A stretch of 64,000 bases of DNA, from NCBI GenBank assembly GCA_000002445.1, contig CP000066.1:640001-704000 (forward strand). Direction: 5' to 3'. The notes under the pieces were generated by a model, which was not told where the DNA came from, made no database searches, and worked only from the letters and a program-made list of their open reading frames with translations. The stretch comes from Trypanosoma brucei (lineage: Eukaryota). Made by a program: the position numbers and the translations under genes. Positions 52,701 through 63,303 of this stretch are shown here, in pieces (position 1 is the stretch's first letter; every line of letters begins with the position of its first letter).

Positions 52701-52772
52701 CGTTGCTGTTTTAGAGGTCGTTTCCAACAACTTTTCCGACAACGCGCAACAAACGTGATTTTGTGGATTCAT
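49701..52772 (-). CDS. 1023-aa 6-phosphofructo-2-kinase/fructose-2,6-bisphosphatase homologue with N-terminal ankyrin repeats. The kinase motifs are intact. The bisphosphatase domain lacks its catalytic Arg/His residues
   Basis: ATG at 52772 (the track M at 52775 is TTG). Ankyrin repeat: GCTPLHVAALGGNESVVRVLISFGADITAIDNTGRTPLDWAA. PFK-2 motifs: VCMVGLPGRGKSFIGRRIARYLNW and FNVGNYRR. FBPase-2 region: IYIAVPGETV...GGDDRLTPLGEKFA aligns to the canonical IYLCRHGESE...GGDSGLSARGKQYA, so RHG is replaced by VPG. The second catalytic His context (ICHQAV) reads VVASSVPAQ here. Confidence 0.8.
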   Translation of the reverse strand: MNPQNHVCCALSEKLLETTSKTATTATKIGGRGGEEGNEAAADSTDEGRRPPCEVISVTPGRRGKEEEVDAAEGRGGPMGVDVRRNPPSSQDSNEQEWVHIYGASPSHRSPSLRSSSHASPFLASGAASSVGGCGVSEFGASLLGNLGHATSGDSDGVSVASSQQLGMCKRGRFMSLPLESCVRNVGRGLRSKGEVLLPIDKMPHHSRCLSCPEEDMCKFDERRASPSCCHKRKGLLLPQLSIPDPNDPLAAREKCRNALIAELQRRKGFLQVQLGWLQREVSAWNIFALVRACNSSELHYLLERKLVDVNQRDYNGCTPLHVAALGGNESVVRVLISFGADITAIDNTGRTPLDWAAENRHSGVCRLLVAVTKHAQMKKEQRHHHVHSSRGNGSISPNYHGTPTCGAAATEGPSCGGNSPAMPSISLPSCKKGSASQSTVKDTKGTRGWGSKAPLAVSPGDSVLFSALPPDMVAQYRARDCLNRVRDQGAEGRLPNAVDDIANMSSSYTTVSDAVSLIVCMVGLPGRGKSFIGRRIARYLNWKGVPCRVFNVGNYRRRLLGVEGTCSADFYDPQNLQAKQMRDKVATLAFGDLIHFIAHHRVACGVFDATNTTKARRKYLLECLQQEAKKHNINCRVIFIESVCNDLNLITENILRAKCGNDDFKNVKDAGEVISAFYSRIAEYEKVYEQLDADEGISFIRIINAKHHVILHKIPCGLASLISFFLLNLHPVAHPIYIAVPGETVGDRKHIYGGDDRLTPLGEKFADALKRFILERDAPNMVVLHGTNPNVMNTLRPLEQALEPDSSDDGSSFPRGARGCGGFCVPLAELLCPLPGLDRINFGRFCGRTVKQVRIRYSKLCKLLYAGSPMGSGSYIAADDEVADPGKEKAQQEEPPLLGTAECASDAANICAEGLRRFLHVPNGADPRLSYCVQFPNGESCRQVNVRLEPALMAVMRVRGPVFVVASSVPAQGVLAFFADALPEMAPALRLPSHAVVEISVKGDITVHQLVKPCDRPLQPSE

Positions 52773-53696
52773 CAACGTTTTCTTTACTTTGCTTTAATAT
52801 TGTTGTTATTACTGCTGTTATTTGTTATCCCCCACTCTTCAGTTCTGCCCTTACAGAGCCCGCTGTCCTTACGCGACTATTGTTTTCGGAACTATGCGGT
52901 ACCTCTTCCTCTCCTCTTTTACTTTCTTTATTTTATTTTTATTTCCTTCGCTCCGCGTATAGGGGAATATTATGGGGCAATAAAAATAACAACTGTTATT
53001 AATAACTAATAACTAACAATAATAATGACTGGTAACTTGATAAGACACGCCGTTCCTTGACCTGCTATTTTTCCAGATTCTTCTCCCCTGGCTTAGCTTA
53101 ACACTTCTTTTCTTTACTTCAGAAGGGCAAAAAAAAAAAAAAGAACGCAGAAGAAATAAGTGGAATAACAATGATGTAAGCAGTGATTAATAGTAATGAG
53201 CGAAAAAAAAAAACCGTGGCACCGCACTAACCTGAAAGTATATTTAATTAACCTCGCCCCAAGTCGCTTCAATCAAACACCACCAACGTGATGAATAGGA
53301 GAAGGGAAAAAACAAATGAAGAGACGAAATGAAAGAAACATGTGCAGGCGCGCAAACATATTAATAACGCACGCGAACACTTATATTTAGGTGTTCATGT
53401 TTTACCTAAATTTTTGCTTATGCTTTCACGATCATTTGTACATATGTTTAAGATGGTAAACGTTGCGCGTGCTCAACTTAACAGCATTTTCTACAAAAAA
53501 ATAATAATAGTAGAAACACCAACAAAGAATGGCGTCACTTTTCTTTTCTTTTTTTTTAAAAAAAGGAAAACGCAGTGTCCCTCCTCCTTTTTTTTCGTGA
53601 GCGTACCTGAAAAAGGCGATTAAAAAAAAACAAAACAAAAATCTCAGTATAGACAATCGACATTAGTACGAAGTTCGCAAAAAAAACCAAAAAAAT

Positions 53697-53717
53697 AATA
53701 TATATATATATATATAC
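53697..53717. repeat. (TA)n microsatellite
   Basis: Direct read. Confidence 0.8.
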
Positions 53718-53755
53718 ATATGTATGATCTTTTTCTTTAAAAAAAAGATCTAAAT

Positions 53756-55060
53756 TCATGAAAGGAAATAAACCTTCATTTCCTTGGAAGGTCTGAAAAG
53801 GTTACATAGCACCGCGAGTGACATAAGACCAGCTCGGACAGATATTACCGTCAACAAAACAATTCGCAGGCTCGCAGCATCCGCCGCAGCAACTTTTTGT
53901 AATTTCGCAGCATCCCACCCTTCTGTAAGAGCAATTTGCGCCACGGTGAGGGCCGTGCAAGTTATATACAACGGTACAATCGGCTTCAACAATAACATCC
54001 ACGGACTTTTAAGCGATACCTCAACTTCCCACGAAGCGGCAGCAGCAGCGTTAGGCGCAACATCACCTCCATGGGAAATGTCTTTGTGCTGTTGCAAGTG
54101 ACTTTGTGTTTTGACTCCTGCATTTGAATGCCTCACATCACACCGTAAGCCAGGAGCCACTACTGTTGCAGCATTGCTACACGTATCAACATGTGAAGTG
54201 ACGGGATTGCACGAAATGGGGAAACGCGCACCGTCAATAATACCCTCGCGACGGAACAAATGCTGAGGAAGAGGATTAATACCAGCGGGGCATCTATCAC
54301 TCACTTCCTCAGCGCACTGTTTATTTGCAAACCTCCATGCAAATGGCGTCAAGGAGGCAACTAAAAGTAAAATGAACAAGAACTGAAAAGCAGCACCCTC
54401 ATAACTGTGTGTGATGGCAATGTACAGAAGTAGTGAATCCTCCACCGATTCTTTCTCCCACGCTACAAAAATAATGAGCCACAAGAGTGAAAAGATGGAA
54501 GCGCCTGCGGTTAGCGAACTCATCGTCACCTCCATATGGTTCATGTATAAAAGCAGCACTTTGATTGCGTGGCGGTTTCCTTCCGCGGAATCAACTGGTT
54601 CGGGGAGATGTAAAGGCCGAGCTCCTATACCTGCGCTGTTATGTGTCTTAATTCTACATCCAATACATGACGACTGCGGCTGCGGCATTTCACGCATCAC
54701 ATCAGAGACAACGTCATCCCCCGTCAACTCTCCGCATTTGTTTTGCTCAACGACAGGCACGAACACATTGGGGCGCGATTCCAAAACAACGTGTTTCCGC
54801 TGCGGTGGGATCCCCCGCTGCAAATCACAATTACAGCCCTCACGAACAGCCTCTGGACTCTCCGGTTCAGCGAAGAGATTTATGCCAACGAACCCATCGT
54901 CAAACTCATCAACGTCTTGCACGTTCCCTGTAGAAATTCCACCATGTGTTGTGTTGTGAAGTCCCCGCTGGTGTCGCCTGCATGACGCGCGTGGTGTGTT
55001 GGCATGAGATGAAGGACAAGTTCCAAATGGGTCAACATATGAAGGAACTGACTTTTGCAT
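53756..55060 (-). CDS. 434-aa hypothetical polytopic membrane protein
   Basis: Track start at 55168 is TTG. ATG at 55060. Several hydrophobic segments (IFSLLWLIIFVAW, FQFLFILLLVASL, IVLLTVISVRAGLMSLAVL). Confidence 0.4.
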   Translation of the reverse strand: MQKSVPSYVDPFGTCPSSHANTPRASCRRHQRGLHNTTHGGISTGNVQDVDEFDDGFVGINLFAEPESPEAVREGCNCDLQRGIPPQRKHVVLESRPNVFVPVVEQNKCGELTGDDVVSDVMREMPQPQSSCIGCRIKTHNSAGIGARPLHLPEPVDSAEGNRHAIKVLLLYMNHMEVTMSSLTAGASIFSLLWLIIFVAWEKESVEDSLLLYIAITHSYEGAAFQFLFILLLVASLTPFAWRFANKQCAEEVSDRCPAGINPLPQHLFRREGIIDGARFPISCNPVTSHVDTCSNAATVVAPGLRCDVRHSNAGVKTQSHLQQHKDISHGGDVAPNAAAAASWEVEVSLKSPWMLLLKPIVPLYITCTALTVAQIALTEGWDAAKLQKVAAADAASLRIVLLTVISVRAGLMSLAVLCNLFRPSKEMKVYFLS

Positions 55061-55722
55061 TGAGATTGCTCTTATCGTCACCAGTAATCCCTTTTGCCTT
55101 TGATTTTTTTTTAAAATGGAGCTTCTTCTCACAAATGTAATGACTTCCACCTCACCAAACTCACACAACGACGGTCTAGAAGACGAAGGGGGGAAATGAC
55201 GTTATAATGTGGGAAAAGATGTCTGTTTTCTTCGCGTTTTAATTTTATTTGGGGACCTTTGTATAAATTGCCTTAACAAACATTCATGAACACTAAATAA
55301 CCCCTGCAACACAAATTCTCAGTTGAAGAAGAGAAGATACGGAGGAAAAGAATAATACGAAAAACAAAAACTGATAAATTAAGTCAGTTCGGAACACATG
55401 CAAAGAAGATGTGAAAGCTTCTACTTGTACAACTAACAAAAGCAATTTCGTTATACAATGAAAAAACACAGCGGCAGGTGGAAAAAAAACATTCTTCTAG
55501 AGAAAAAGCAACAAGTCTATGCCCGATAGATCCTCTTCCTCCTACCCCCTTCGGTACTTAGAAGGCAGAAGAAGCAGAGGGAGATCGTACCCACAAGCGG
55601 GAAATGATCGTTGTATGGTAGAGAAGGAACCGGATTCCAACTCTGCTGCTCACTTATGATACGCAAACTGCTTAGCATTACACACACACGCACACACCCT
55701 TATCAACTCGCATGAATCTCCG

Positions 55723-58700
55723 TTACTTCCGCTTTGCCGGCCGCTTTCGCAGATCCTCTGGCACGTAATCACGCCTATGATCCAAAGGCTGTTCGTAGTT
55801 GAGATGCCGCCTTAGCGTTTCATGTAGATGTGTGGCTGGAGCCGTATCCTCCAAATGTTCAGATCCGCTTCCACTTGATGTTAATTTGGTGGTCTTCGCG
55901 GTGTTGGCGGATGTAGAGGTACTTTCCGTCTTTGTTGTTGATGTTCCCGCAGGTGACGATGGCTTCGGCATGTGATGGCGGTGCTGCTTACTCACGGGTT
56001 CCTGTTCAAGGTGAAAAGAGGAAGAGTACCGAGTTGTCTCGGTCGTCTTCGAAGACGAGCCTTCAGCATTGTGGAAATGCCGGTACACGTCACAGCAACC
56101 TTCTCCAAGCAGAGAAACAATGGGCCGGGCAGCGGCCGCAACATTGGCCGTTGGCACCGTACCACGGCGTCTAGTGAACTGTGGGGTTCCGCCCTCAGTG
56201 AGGCTGCTAGTGTGAGCTGAAGAGAGCCACGAAGAGGAATCAGCGGCATCTATTTCCATTAGCAGTCTCCTTCGAACATCCCGCTCCACTGGTTCAGTGG
56301 AATCCTCGTCATCGTCATCTGTCGTTGCTGTTGCCCTCCCGTCAGTCACAGCAATTCCGACACGTTGTTTGGGATACGTTGGTTGTCTCCCTTCAGCCGC
56401 CATACTCGCTTCCCGCAGCTTTTCCCCAAACGTCTTCTCCGTCTTTCGAGGGTCAAACTCACGCATCCACTCGAATATGAATTTTGTAATGGGGTCACGA
56501 ATTCCAGTTGAAGGTGCAGCTTTCGCCGGATCATCTCCCGCGGAGGCATAAGAAACATCAGCTGGAGCAGCAGGAAGAGAGTGGCTTCGCTCCACCCTTG
56601 TGTGCCTAACCACCTCAGACATCACAGGAGACTGCCTCTGAGCCGCCAACCTCTCATTCAGCATGCTTTCCAAAATATGTTGCTGTTGTTTCTTCTCCCT
56701 CTCCACACGGACGATGTGCTCGTGCTCCCAATCCCACATCATCACAAATGAATACCGCATCATCTCTTCTTGCTCACACACCAACTGCCGGCGATGGTAC
56801 TCGCCCTCCTCACACAAACGACGTGCCTCAGCGAGCTGCTCCTCATGGATGGCCCTGTGGACAAGTTGAGGCTCTCCGGATACTGGGAGATGTGGAGGGA
56901 CGGATGAAATGGGGAGTAGAAGTGGCAGGGGCGGAACCGTTTCTTCCGGAACATTCGGCGCCGGTATCTCTTGTCGCAGCGGTGGGACATCTAAAACCGC
57001 GACTTGCGTAACAGTGCCACCGAGTCCACTAGACTGCAAATCAGGAAGTTCAAGCCGTGGTAAAGTCTCCTCAGTTGAGCATGGTAGCCGCGGGTCTTCA
57101 GTCATGGGACCCGGACCCTCTGTCATTTGGCGCCACTGCTGCATCCCTTCGTGTAACTGCTCTGCTGCTTGCGGCAGCAGCCGCGCAGTGGTTAGAAGTT
57201 GAGTTACCGGTGCCACATCGAGGACGATTCTGATCGTGTTACCCCCAACCGCCCCATCAGAGATGACCGCGGGATCCCCGATAGCACCTTCCACTGCCAC
57301 AGCAACATTGGAAAGCGTCGCGGCTGATGGGGTTACAAAATCGCCACCGGTAACTCCGCCTACGTCTTGTTGTTGTTTCAGCTGCGGCTGCAAATGAGCA
57401 CTAGTAGTCTCTATCTCTGCTGACGGTGACCGAAGTGGATCATCACCCGCTCGGATGATTTCATGAACCCACTGCGGGCTTTCCTGTGTCATTACGCCTT
57501 CCAACTGAGCATGCGCTGAATGAAGCGAAGGAGATCCCACACTGGGTGTTGCTTCTGCCTTTCCTTCTTGGGCGCTTTCATCATTCCTGATGCCACATTC
57601 CTCTTCAACAGAGTCTTTTTCGGCACCTTCCACCGCATCCGCGATGACCCTTACCAACTCCTCTTGAATGTGGTGCAGTAGTGTTTCCTCCCGGCTCACA
57701 CTTTCAAATGCAGGAGCACCGAAAGAACCGTAACGGTTCCTTAAACCTTTCACAGTTTCTGCCATTTGTAGTTGTGTTATGTCACCTGGTTCTTCGTCAG
57801 AGGCAGCCCTATCATTCTCCAGAATTCTATGGATTTCAGCTCTCACAATGTCACTTTCGAGAAGCTGCATCAGTTCGCCAAATAGGTCTCCCTCAACTCC
57901 TTCTTCAATGACACAGCGAATCACGTCGCTAGAAATGAGTTCACATAGCCGCCGCTCAAACCTCTCCCCCACGCCTTCTTCGAAGGAAGTGGACGGTTCA
58001 CCGAATTTCCGTTTGTTGCCACCAATCGAGAGCTCCTTAATACGCTCTAAACGACGCCTTGCCTCCAGCAGCGACTGCGCCTCAACAGCGCGCAGCTCAG
58101 CTCGACGGCGCGGAGTTAACTCATCGCGCTCAACACCGTAGAAGTAGGCATCACACGGCCGCTCAAGTCCTCCTTCAACATTGTTTGTAGGAGGTGGTAC
58201 GTGAAGATTAACATCAAAGGCATTTTGGACCATCCGCTTCCGGGCCAACTCGTCTGGGGTGAGATTGTCGCCGAGCAAAACAACGCTGCGCATAAACATC
58301 GCTTCCGCCTCACGCCGACCACAGCCACGGCTGTCACCAATGGCGGCAGCAGCTGCGGCGTCCTCAAACGTACGTGTTAAACCACCCTCGAGCCTAACAG
58401 TATCCGGTAGGTCGTCTCGGAATGAAGGAAAAGATGAAGCGAGGGCAATTTCTTCGGTATTCTCAAATCCACGGGCTCTATTAATCTGTGCGTTCTTGAC
58501 ATCAAACGCATAAGAAGGCACAACAGATCCGATATTCTCTTGAGTGGCACTTAGGGAAGGCTGTGAACCGTTACCTCGTGGGGATGCAGCGCTGTTCCTC
58601 TTGGACTGCGACGCAGAAGTGGCACGGCCCTTTGCCGTTCCACCCGATGATAGCCCACTTCCACGCTTAACGGCTACACCTCTCATTTTCGCTGAGGCCG

Positions 58701-60807
58701 GCAACGACCCGCTTGCCCTTCGGTCTTTAGAGACGGAGCCACGCTTCCCAGATTCAGGGTCACAAAAATCCTTCGCGGCCTCCCCTCCTTCATCATCAGA
58801 AAGAACCACAACCTCTTCCGTTCGTGCCTTCCCGCCAGCTTGAGGTGAGGGGCTGGGAGAAGTTGTGGTGGCCCCTTCACCTTCCCCTGGAAGGAGCACA
58901 ACCTTGAAGGGCCCCTTCGTTGTTGACTGGGCCCCCTCACCCCCGCTGGGCTCAGCAGAAGTCCCCGGTTTGTTTCTAGCGACGCTCTTTTCGGGTGGCT
59001 GCCTTCTTCCCACCTTTCGCGCAGGCAAGCCACCGCGCCGGGCCTTTGATGGCTGATTACGACCTTGGAAAGGTGAAACTTTGCTCACAGGGGTCCGCGT
59101 GCCCGTTTCGCACAGCACCTTGGACACCATTTGCTGCATCGCGCGCTGTTGCTGTAACTGCGATGCATGCTGCATTCGTTGTTGACGCACTTCCTGAGCC
59201 GCAATGATACGCTTAGTCTCTTCAGCGTTCACCCGCTGTTGGTTCATCGTGAAATTGTGCATAGCCTCCGCCGCGGCCTTCTTCTCCCTTTCAAAGGCAT
59301 CCTTCTGATTCTGCACGAGTTCCGTCCACGCCCGACGCTCGTCACGCAAAATACGTTCGTATTGTTGGTGAACCCGCTGCAGCTCCTCCTTTATTACGTG
59401 AGGGGGAGGGATGGGTCGCGGGGGGGGAATCGGGGGCTCAGGCTGATTAGACATAATTGTGATAACGGGCGGAATCGATCGTTGCGGGCTTCGACGTAGT
59501 TGCTGGTGTTGCTGCTGCTCCGTTCGCTGAACCATTCCTGTGGTATGATGCAGCTCTGGTACTTGCATGGCTTCTGGAACGTACAAATTGAACAGTGGAT
59601 CGGGACGCGGTGCCATAAGACGCCTCCGCGCCGCCTCCTGTTGCTCCTTTGAGTGTCTTCGAAGGCTTTCCTCCTGCGCTGCGGATAGTCGCTCGAGCAG
59701 TCGGCGCTGGTCCTGAAGCTCCTCTATCAGTTCCCTGGGTATCGTTGGTAAGGATCCAGCTACAAGCCTCGCCAACTCCTCTACTGACGGCGGCTTCGCC
59801 TTCGCGGCACGAGGCGGCGGTGACACAACCGGTGGCGCGGCCTCCCCTCGCACCGCGCTGCCCTTTTTCCCAGTAAAAACGGGTATCTCATTTTTAGGAC
59901 AGTGAATCCGCTGGGCCTCCTGACAGCGATGGATGCACGCCACAACGTCTGGACGATCTGACTGTACACTATAATCAAGAAGCCGCATCGCCTCTTTCAC
60001 ACTTTCAGAGTCGGGAAAGATGTCCCGAAGGTTGTCACTAGATGTGCCTCGTTGCTGCGCTTCCAGCAGCAATACGTCGTTGCCCCGTGCAGCCGCAGAA
60101 CCGTGAAGTATCGGCGCCACATAACGGTCCGGATCAAAGTCGGATTCTCCAGCTGAAGACGAGGAGTCCTCAACGCCAGAGCCTGCTTCATGGATGCCTA
60201 TGATGCTGTGAGCCTTGCGCACACGACGGCCCTGCCTGTTTTTGATTCTCTCCATACGAAGTTTCAGCCTTCCGAGATCGTCAAGGATAGCCTCCGGGGA
60301 ATCGTGATCGGGCGCGTTGCCCAAAGGAGGTGACAAGAGACGAGATGGCGTGAGCACTTCCTTTTCAGTAAGCAACGCCTCATCATCTCCCCGCAGCTTT
60401 TCCTCACGCGCGACCTCCCGCCAAATATCATTTATTCGATAGGTATCTGGATGTATCGTTTGACCCTTCAGCTCTTCCCGTGTGCGGTGAAGAGAATCCT
60501 TCCAATGAGACTGGAACTCACGTTCGGCCGTCTCGTCGTCCACATCGTCGTGGTCATGGCCTGCTGTGAAACTGCCATCGCCATCAGAGAAGACAAGACC
60601 GGCATCAGACTGCAAATGCCCATCTGCATCAGCCATCATTTCGAAGCTGTGAAACTCTTGCAGCACCTCACGCCTTGAGGCAGCTGCCGTCTCGGACACC
60701 GCGCCACGGACGAGACTGGGAACAGTAGTGGCAACACTCGTGGAGGGCCTCATGCGCTTGTAAAGGAGTGTGGGTTTTTCGGTTCGTATGGGAATTGTGA
60801 GAGACAT
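55723..60807 (-). CDS. 1694-aa hypothetical protein, largely low-complexity/coiled-coil (Gln/Arg/Glu-rich), with a basic C-terminus
   Basis: ATG confirmed at 60805-60807. Very long uninterrupted ORF on the unit strand. No recognisable enzymatic motif. Confidence 0.5.
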   Translation of the reverse strand: MSLTIPIRTEKPTLLYKRMRPSTSVATTVPSLVRGAVSETAAASRREVLQEFHSFEMMADADGHLQSDAGLVFSDGDGSFTAGHDHDDVDDETAEREFQSHWKDSLHRTREELKGQTIHPDTYRINDIWREVAREEKLRGDDEALLTEKEVLTPSRLLSPPLGNAPDHDSPEAILDDLGRLKLRMERIKNRQGRRVRKAHSIIGIHEAGSGVEDSSSSAGESDFDPDRYVAPILHGSAAARGNDVLLLEAQQRGTSSDNLRDIFPDSESVKEAMRLLDYSVQSDRPDVVACIHRCQEAQRIHCPKNEIPVFTGKKGSAVRGEAAPPVVSPPPRAAKAKPPSVEELARLVAGSLPTIPRELIEELQDQRRLLERLSAAQEESLRRHSKEQQEAARRRLMAPRPDPLFNLYVPEAMQVPELHHTTGMVQRTEQQQHQQLRRSPQRSIPPVITIMSNQPEPPIPPPRPIPPPHVIKEELQRVHQQYERILRDERRAWTELVQNQKDAFEREKKAAAEAMHNFTMNQQRVNAEETKRIIAAQEVRQQRMQHASQLQQQRAMQQMVSKVLCETGTRTPVSKVSPFQGRNQPSKARRGGLPARKVGRRQPPEKSVARNKPGTSAEPSGGEGAQSTTKGPFKVVLLPGEGEGATTTSPSPSPQAGGKARTEEVVVLSDDEGGEAAKDFCDPESGKRGSVSKDRRASGSLPASAKMRGVAVKRGSGLSSGGTAKGRATSASQSKRNSAASPRGNGSQPSLSATQENIGSVVPSYAFDVKNAQINRARGFENTEEIALASSFPSFRDDLPDTVRLEGGLTRTFEDAAAAAAIGDSRGCGRREAEAMFMRSVVLLGDNLTPDELARKRMVQNAFDVNLHVPPPTNNVEGGLERPCDAYFYGVERDELTPRRRAELRAVEAQSLLEARRRLERIKELSIGGNKRKFGEPSTSFEEGVGERFERRLCELISSDVIRCVIEEGVEGDLFGELMQLLESDIVRAEIHRILENDRAASDEEPGDITQLQMAETVKGLRNRYGSFGAPAFESVSREETLLHHIQEELVRVIADAVEGAEKDSVEEECGIRNDESAQEGKAEATPSVGSPSLHSAHAQLEGVMTQESPQWVHEIIRAGDDPLRSPSAEIETTSAHLQPQLKQQQDVGGVTGGDFVTPSAATLSNVAVAVEGAIGDPAVISDGAVGGNTIRIVLDVAPVTQLLTTARLLPQAAEQLHEGMQQWRQMTEGPGPMTEDPRLPCSTEETLPRLELPDLQSSGLGGTVTQVAVLDVPPLRQEIPAPNVPEETVPPLPLLLPISSVPPHLPVSGEPQLVHRAIHEEQLAEARRLCEEGEYHRRQLVCEQEEMMRYSFVMMWDWEHEHIVRVEREKKQQQHILESMLNERLAAQRQSPVMSEVVRHTRVERSHSLPAAPADVSYASAGDDPAKAAPSTGIRDPITKFIFEWMREFDPRKTEKTFGEKLREASMAAEGRQPTYPKQRVGIAVTDGRATATTDDDDEDSTEPVERDVRRRLLMEIDAADSSSWLSSAHTSSLTEGGTPQFTRRRGTVPTANVAAAARPIVSLLGEGCCDVYRHFHNAEGSSSKTTETTRYSSSFHLEQEPVSKQHRHHMPKPSSPAGTSTTKTESTSTSANTAKTTKLTSSGSGSEHLEDTAPATHLHETLRRHLNYEQPLDHRRDYVPEDLRKRPAKRK

Positions 60808-61652
60808 TGCAGCAAAAAGTTACGGCAACGTTTCCCGGCAGTAACCTTTCCTTGGTTTACTAGTTGTCACCGCCTTATGTTGATAAACAGGGATTGTTTT
60901 CCCGCCTGGTCCCTTACTGTTCACGCTTGCACGTGGCTTCCGTGGAAACTATATGCCAGTGACGGAGGAATGAGCGGTCCGAACAAATTGCAGAAGCCCG
61001 TTCACACCACTGGGTGCCTTTCCGGCCCCTCTCCTACTCGAAGTTGGCTGATTACAATTTCCTTTCCTCTTTTGTTCATTGTGTTCCAAAACCACATGAC
61101 GCATGCAGATGTGTAAGAATTGACAGATTTGTTGTGGTGTGACAAAAATAAACAAGAAACAGTTATCTGAAAGGAAATTAACGACGTTAGCATATGGTCC
61201 TTGTGAATAAAAATACAAGAAAAAAACTAACAAAGTTATCCTTTTAACGTTAAAAGGGTCAAATCGAAAGCAAGGGCGGGCACACAGCCTGTTTCTTTTT
61301 TATTGTGTGTGGATGCTGCTGGAACCCTTAAACAGAAAAAAAAATAAGCAGAAACAACGAAAAACGCCCCGAGACCCAAATGTGCAGTGGTTCGCTCAAC
61401 CATTATATTCGCCTCAGCAGCTGGAGTTTTCACTACAACGCACTCCTTCGCCCCCTGCTAAGGTAAGTGTTAGATTGAAAAGAATAGAGGTGGAGCACCG
61501 CTCAAATCGTACGGTTTCCATGGCGCTGCGCCACTGGAACGGTGCAGGAGTACCACACAATCTACCTCCAAAAGTGATGAGGGAAGCTACTGCCATCATT
61601 CCGAACGTGACACAGGTGCTTGAGCTCATAGCCCCAGCCACGATCCTCTCCA

Positions 61653-62573
61653 TTAACGATCTAAGAACCATTTTTCCCAGAATGTGCGGGCTGTATCCTC
61701 TACTGCCAGTTCAAAGACTTCAACATGACACTTGTCAGCCTCTTTCTCCAGTGATGTCTCCTTGTGCCGGCGACAAATCGGATCGTTGTATCGCACAATA
61801 AAAGTGAGGTCCTCATTGAACCCAGAAGTGTCAGCTTCACCTGTACTATTTTTGACTCCCACTGTCTCTAGAAGGGGTAGCCGCTCATCTACACGATGTT
61901 CCTCCTCCCTGCATGCCAGCCTGTGCTGCATCCATCGTCCCTGATACACGACAGCTCGGTCAAGATCGAAGTTTCCGTACCGTCGCACCAGGGGATCCAA
62001 CACCACAGAGAAAGATTTGGGCGTCTTAACTATGTCATCCAGCTTGAGACAATGCATGAGGAGCCGATTATCTCCTCGAGGGTCAAAGCGAAACCGACCA
62101 AATGCATCTCGCTCCAGCAACAAACATTCCTTCACAAAAGCCTCCACAGGTGCTTCACATGGGTGAAGTCTTTCACCAGTCACAACGTCTCGAGGAAGGG
62201 CCTCAAACCGCAGCGTCGTATGCTGCAAAAGATGATCCGTACGTACGTCACTCGCAATAAGGGTGCGTAACAGAGCCGCAGCTCCCACCTCTGGGCTACC
62301 GCTTATACTCATCAACTGCACATAGTAACCACAGATGGCATAGAGCTCATACGCGAGAAGTCGTGACAATGGATCATGCCTTATAGCCGCATAGAGATGG
62401 GATTCGGGTTGTTGCCTTCTCCATGCAAGGTCCATGTCCAGCAGCAGCCGATGCGCTTCCATCTCTGCCTCCTCAAAAAGCGCACGAAGATCCCGCTGCG
62501 GTGATTGTCCCTCAAGCATCCGCTGAAACCCTTCAGCCAGCAACATTCGTGGCAGGGCCGGTAGCGGCACCAT
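61653..62573 (-). CDS. 306-aa hypothetical protein
   Basis: Track start at 62669 is TTG. The frame is open upstream to a stop at 62804 with no ATG. First ATG is at 62573. Confidence 0.4.
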   Translation of the reverse strand: MVPLPALPRMLLAEGFQRMLEGQSPQRDLRALFEEAEMEAHRLLLDMDLAWRRQQPESHLYAAIRHDPLSRLLAYELYAICGYYVQLMSISGSPEVGAAALLRTLIASDVRTDHLLQHTTLRFEALPRDVVTGERLHPCEAPVEAFVKECLLLERDAFGRFRFDPRGDNRLLMHCLKLDDIVKTPKSFSVVLDPLVRRYGNFDLDRAVVYQGRWMQHRLACREEEHRVDERLPLLETVGVKNSTGEADTSGFNEDLTFIVRYNDPICRRHKETSLEKEADKCHVEVFELAVEDTARTFWEKWFLDR

Positions 62574-63303
62574 CTCCAGTGCGCCCAGCACGCGCTGGAT
62601 GAGATGTTCCTGGTGGATGAAGGCGTGCCTGTAGAGAGCGGCGGCTGAACCCGGTCCCTCTACTCGCAACGGAATGACATTCCGAAGGAAACTCCACTCA
62701 ACTCCTTTAGTTGTGGTGGCCGCGTAGGGCCCCGCTGCAGCAACAGCAGCCGCTGTGAAGCGGGATGGCGCTGCCGTTGCGGTGACGGGGAACCAACCCC
62801 TCTACTAACCTATCTAACTAAAGGATAGTGAGTGACTGTGGCACCCGTTTCTTGTTGAAATGAGGAGGTGAGAATAGAAAACGACGAACAAAGGGAAAGG
62901 AAACCGTGTGCTCCGGATTAAGCACCGTCTCCCTTACAACACTCAAAAATGCTCTCATTGGTTAATAATCCGCCAGCTGCATGCGATTACGTGGCACCCA
63001 GCGGCACTCGATACTTTTGTGTTGCTCTCCCTCCTGCACTCACACATTCTTAAACGCGATTTAATTAACTTCACTATCCCCTCCGGTGGGTCTCCCCTAA
63101 GTGGTTCTCTTCTTTCACCACCATCGAAACACACGTAACTTCTCTTATTCCTGGATCCCGCGTCCATGCAGCCGGACATATCAGAAGCGCATTCTCTCCA
63201 CAGCAGCTCCTTTGCTTGAAAACAACACATATGCAGTAAGGTACAGACATAAAGTTAGGCTGTAATGGAACTCACTCTTTATCCTCTTCTATTGGAACTG
63301 GGG

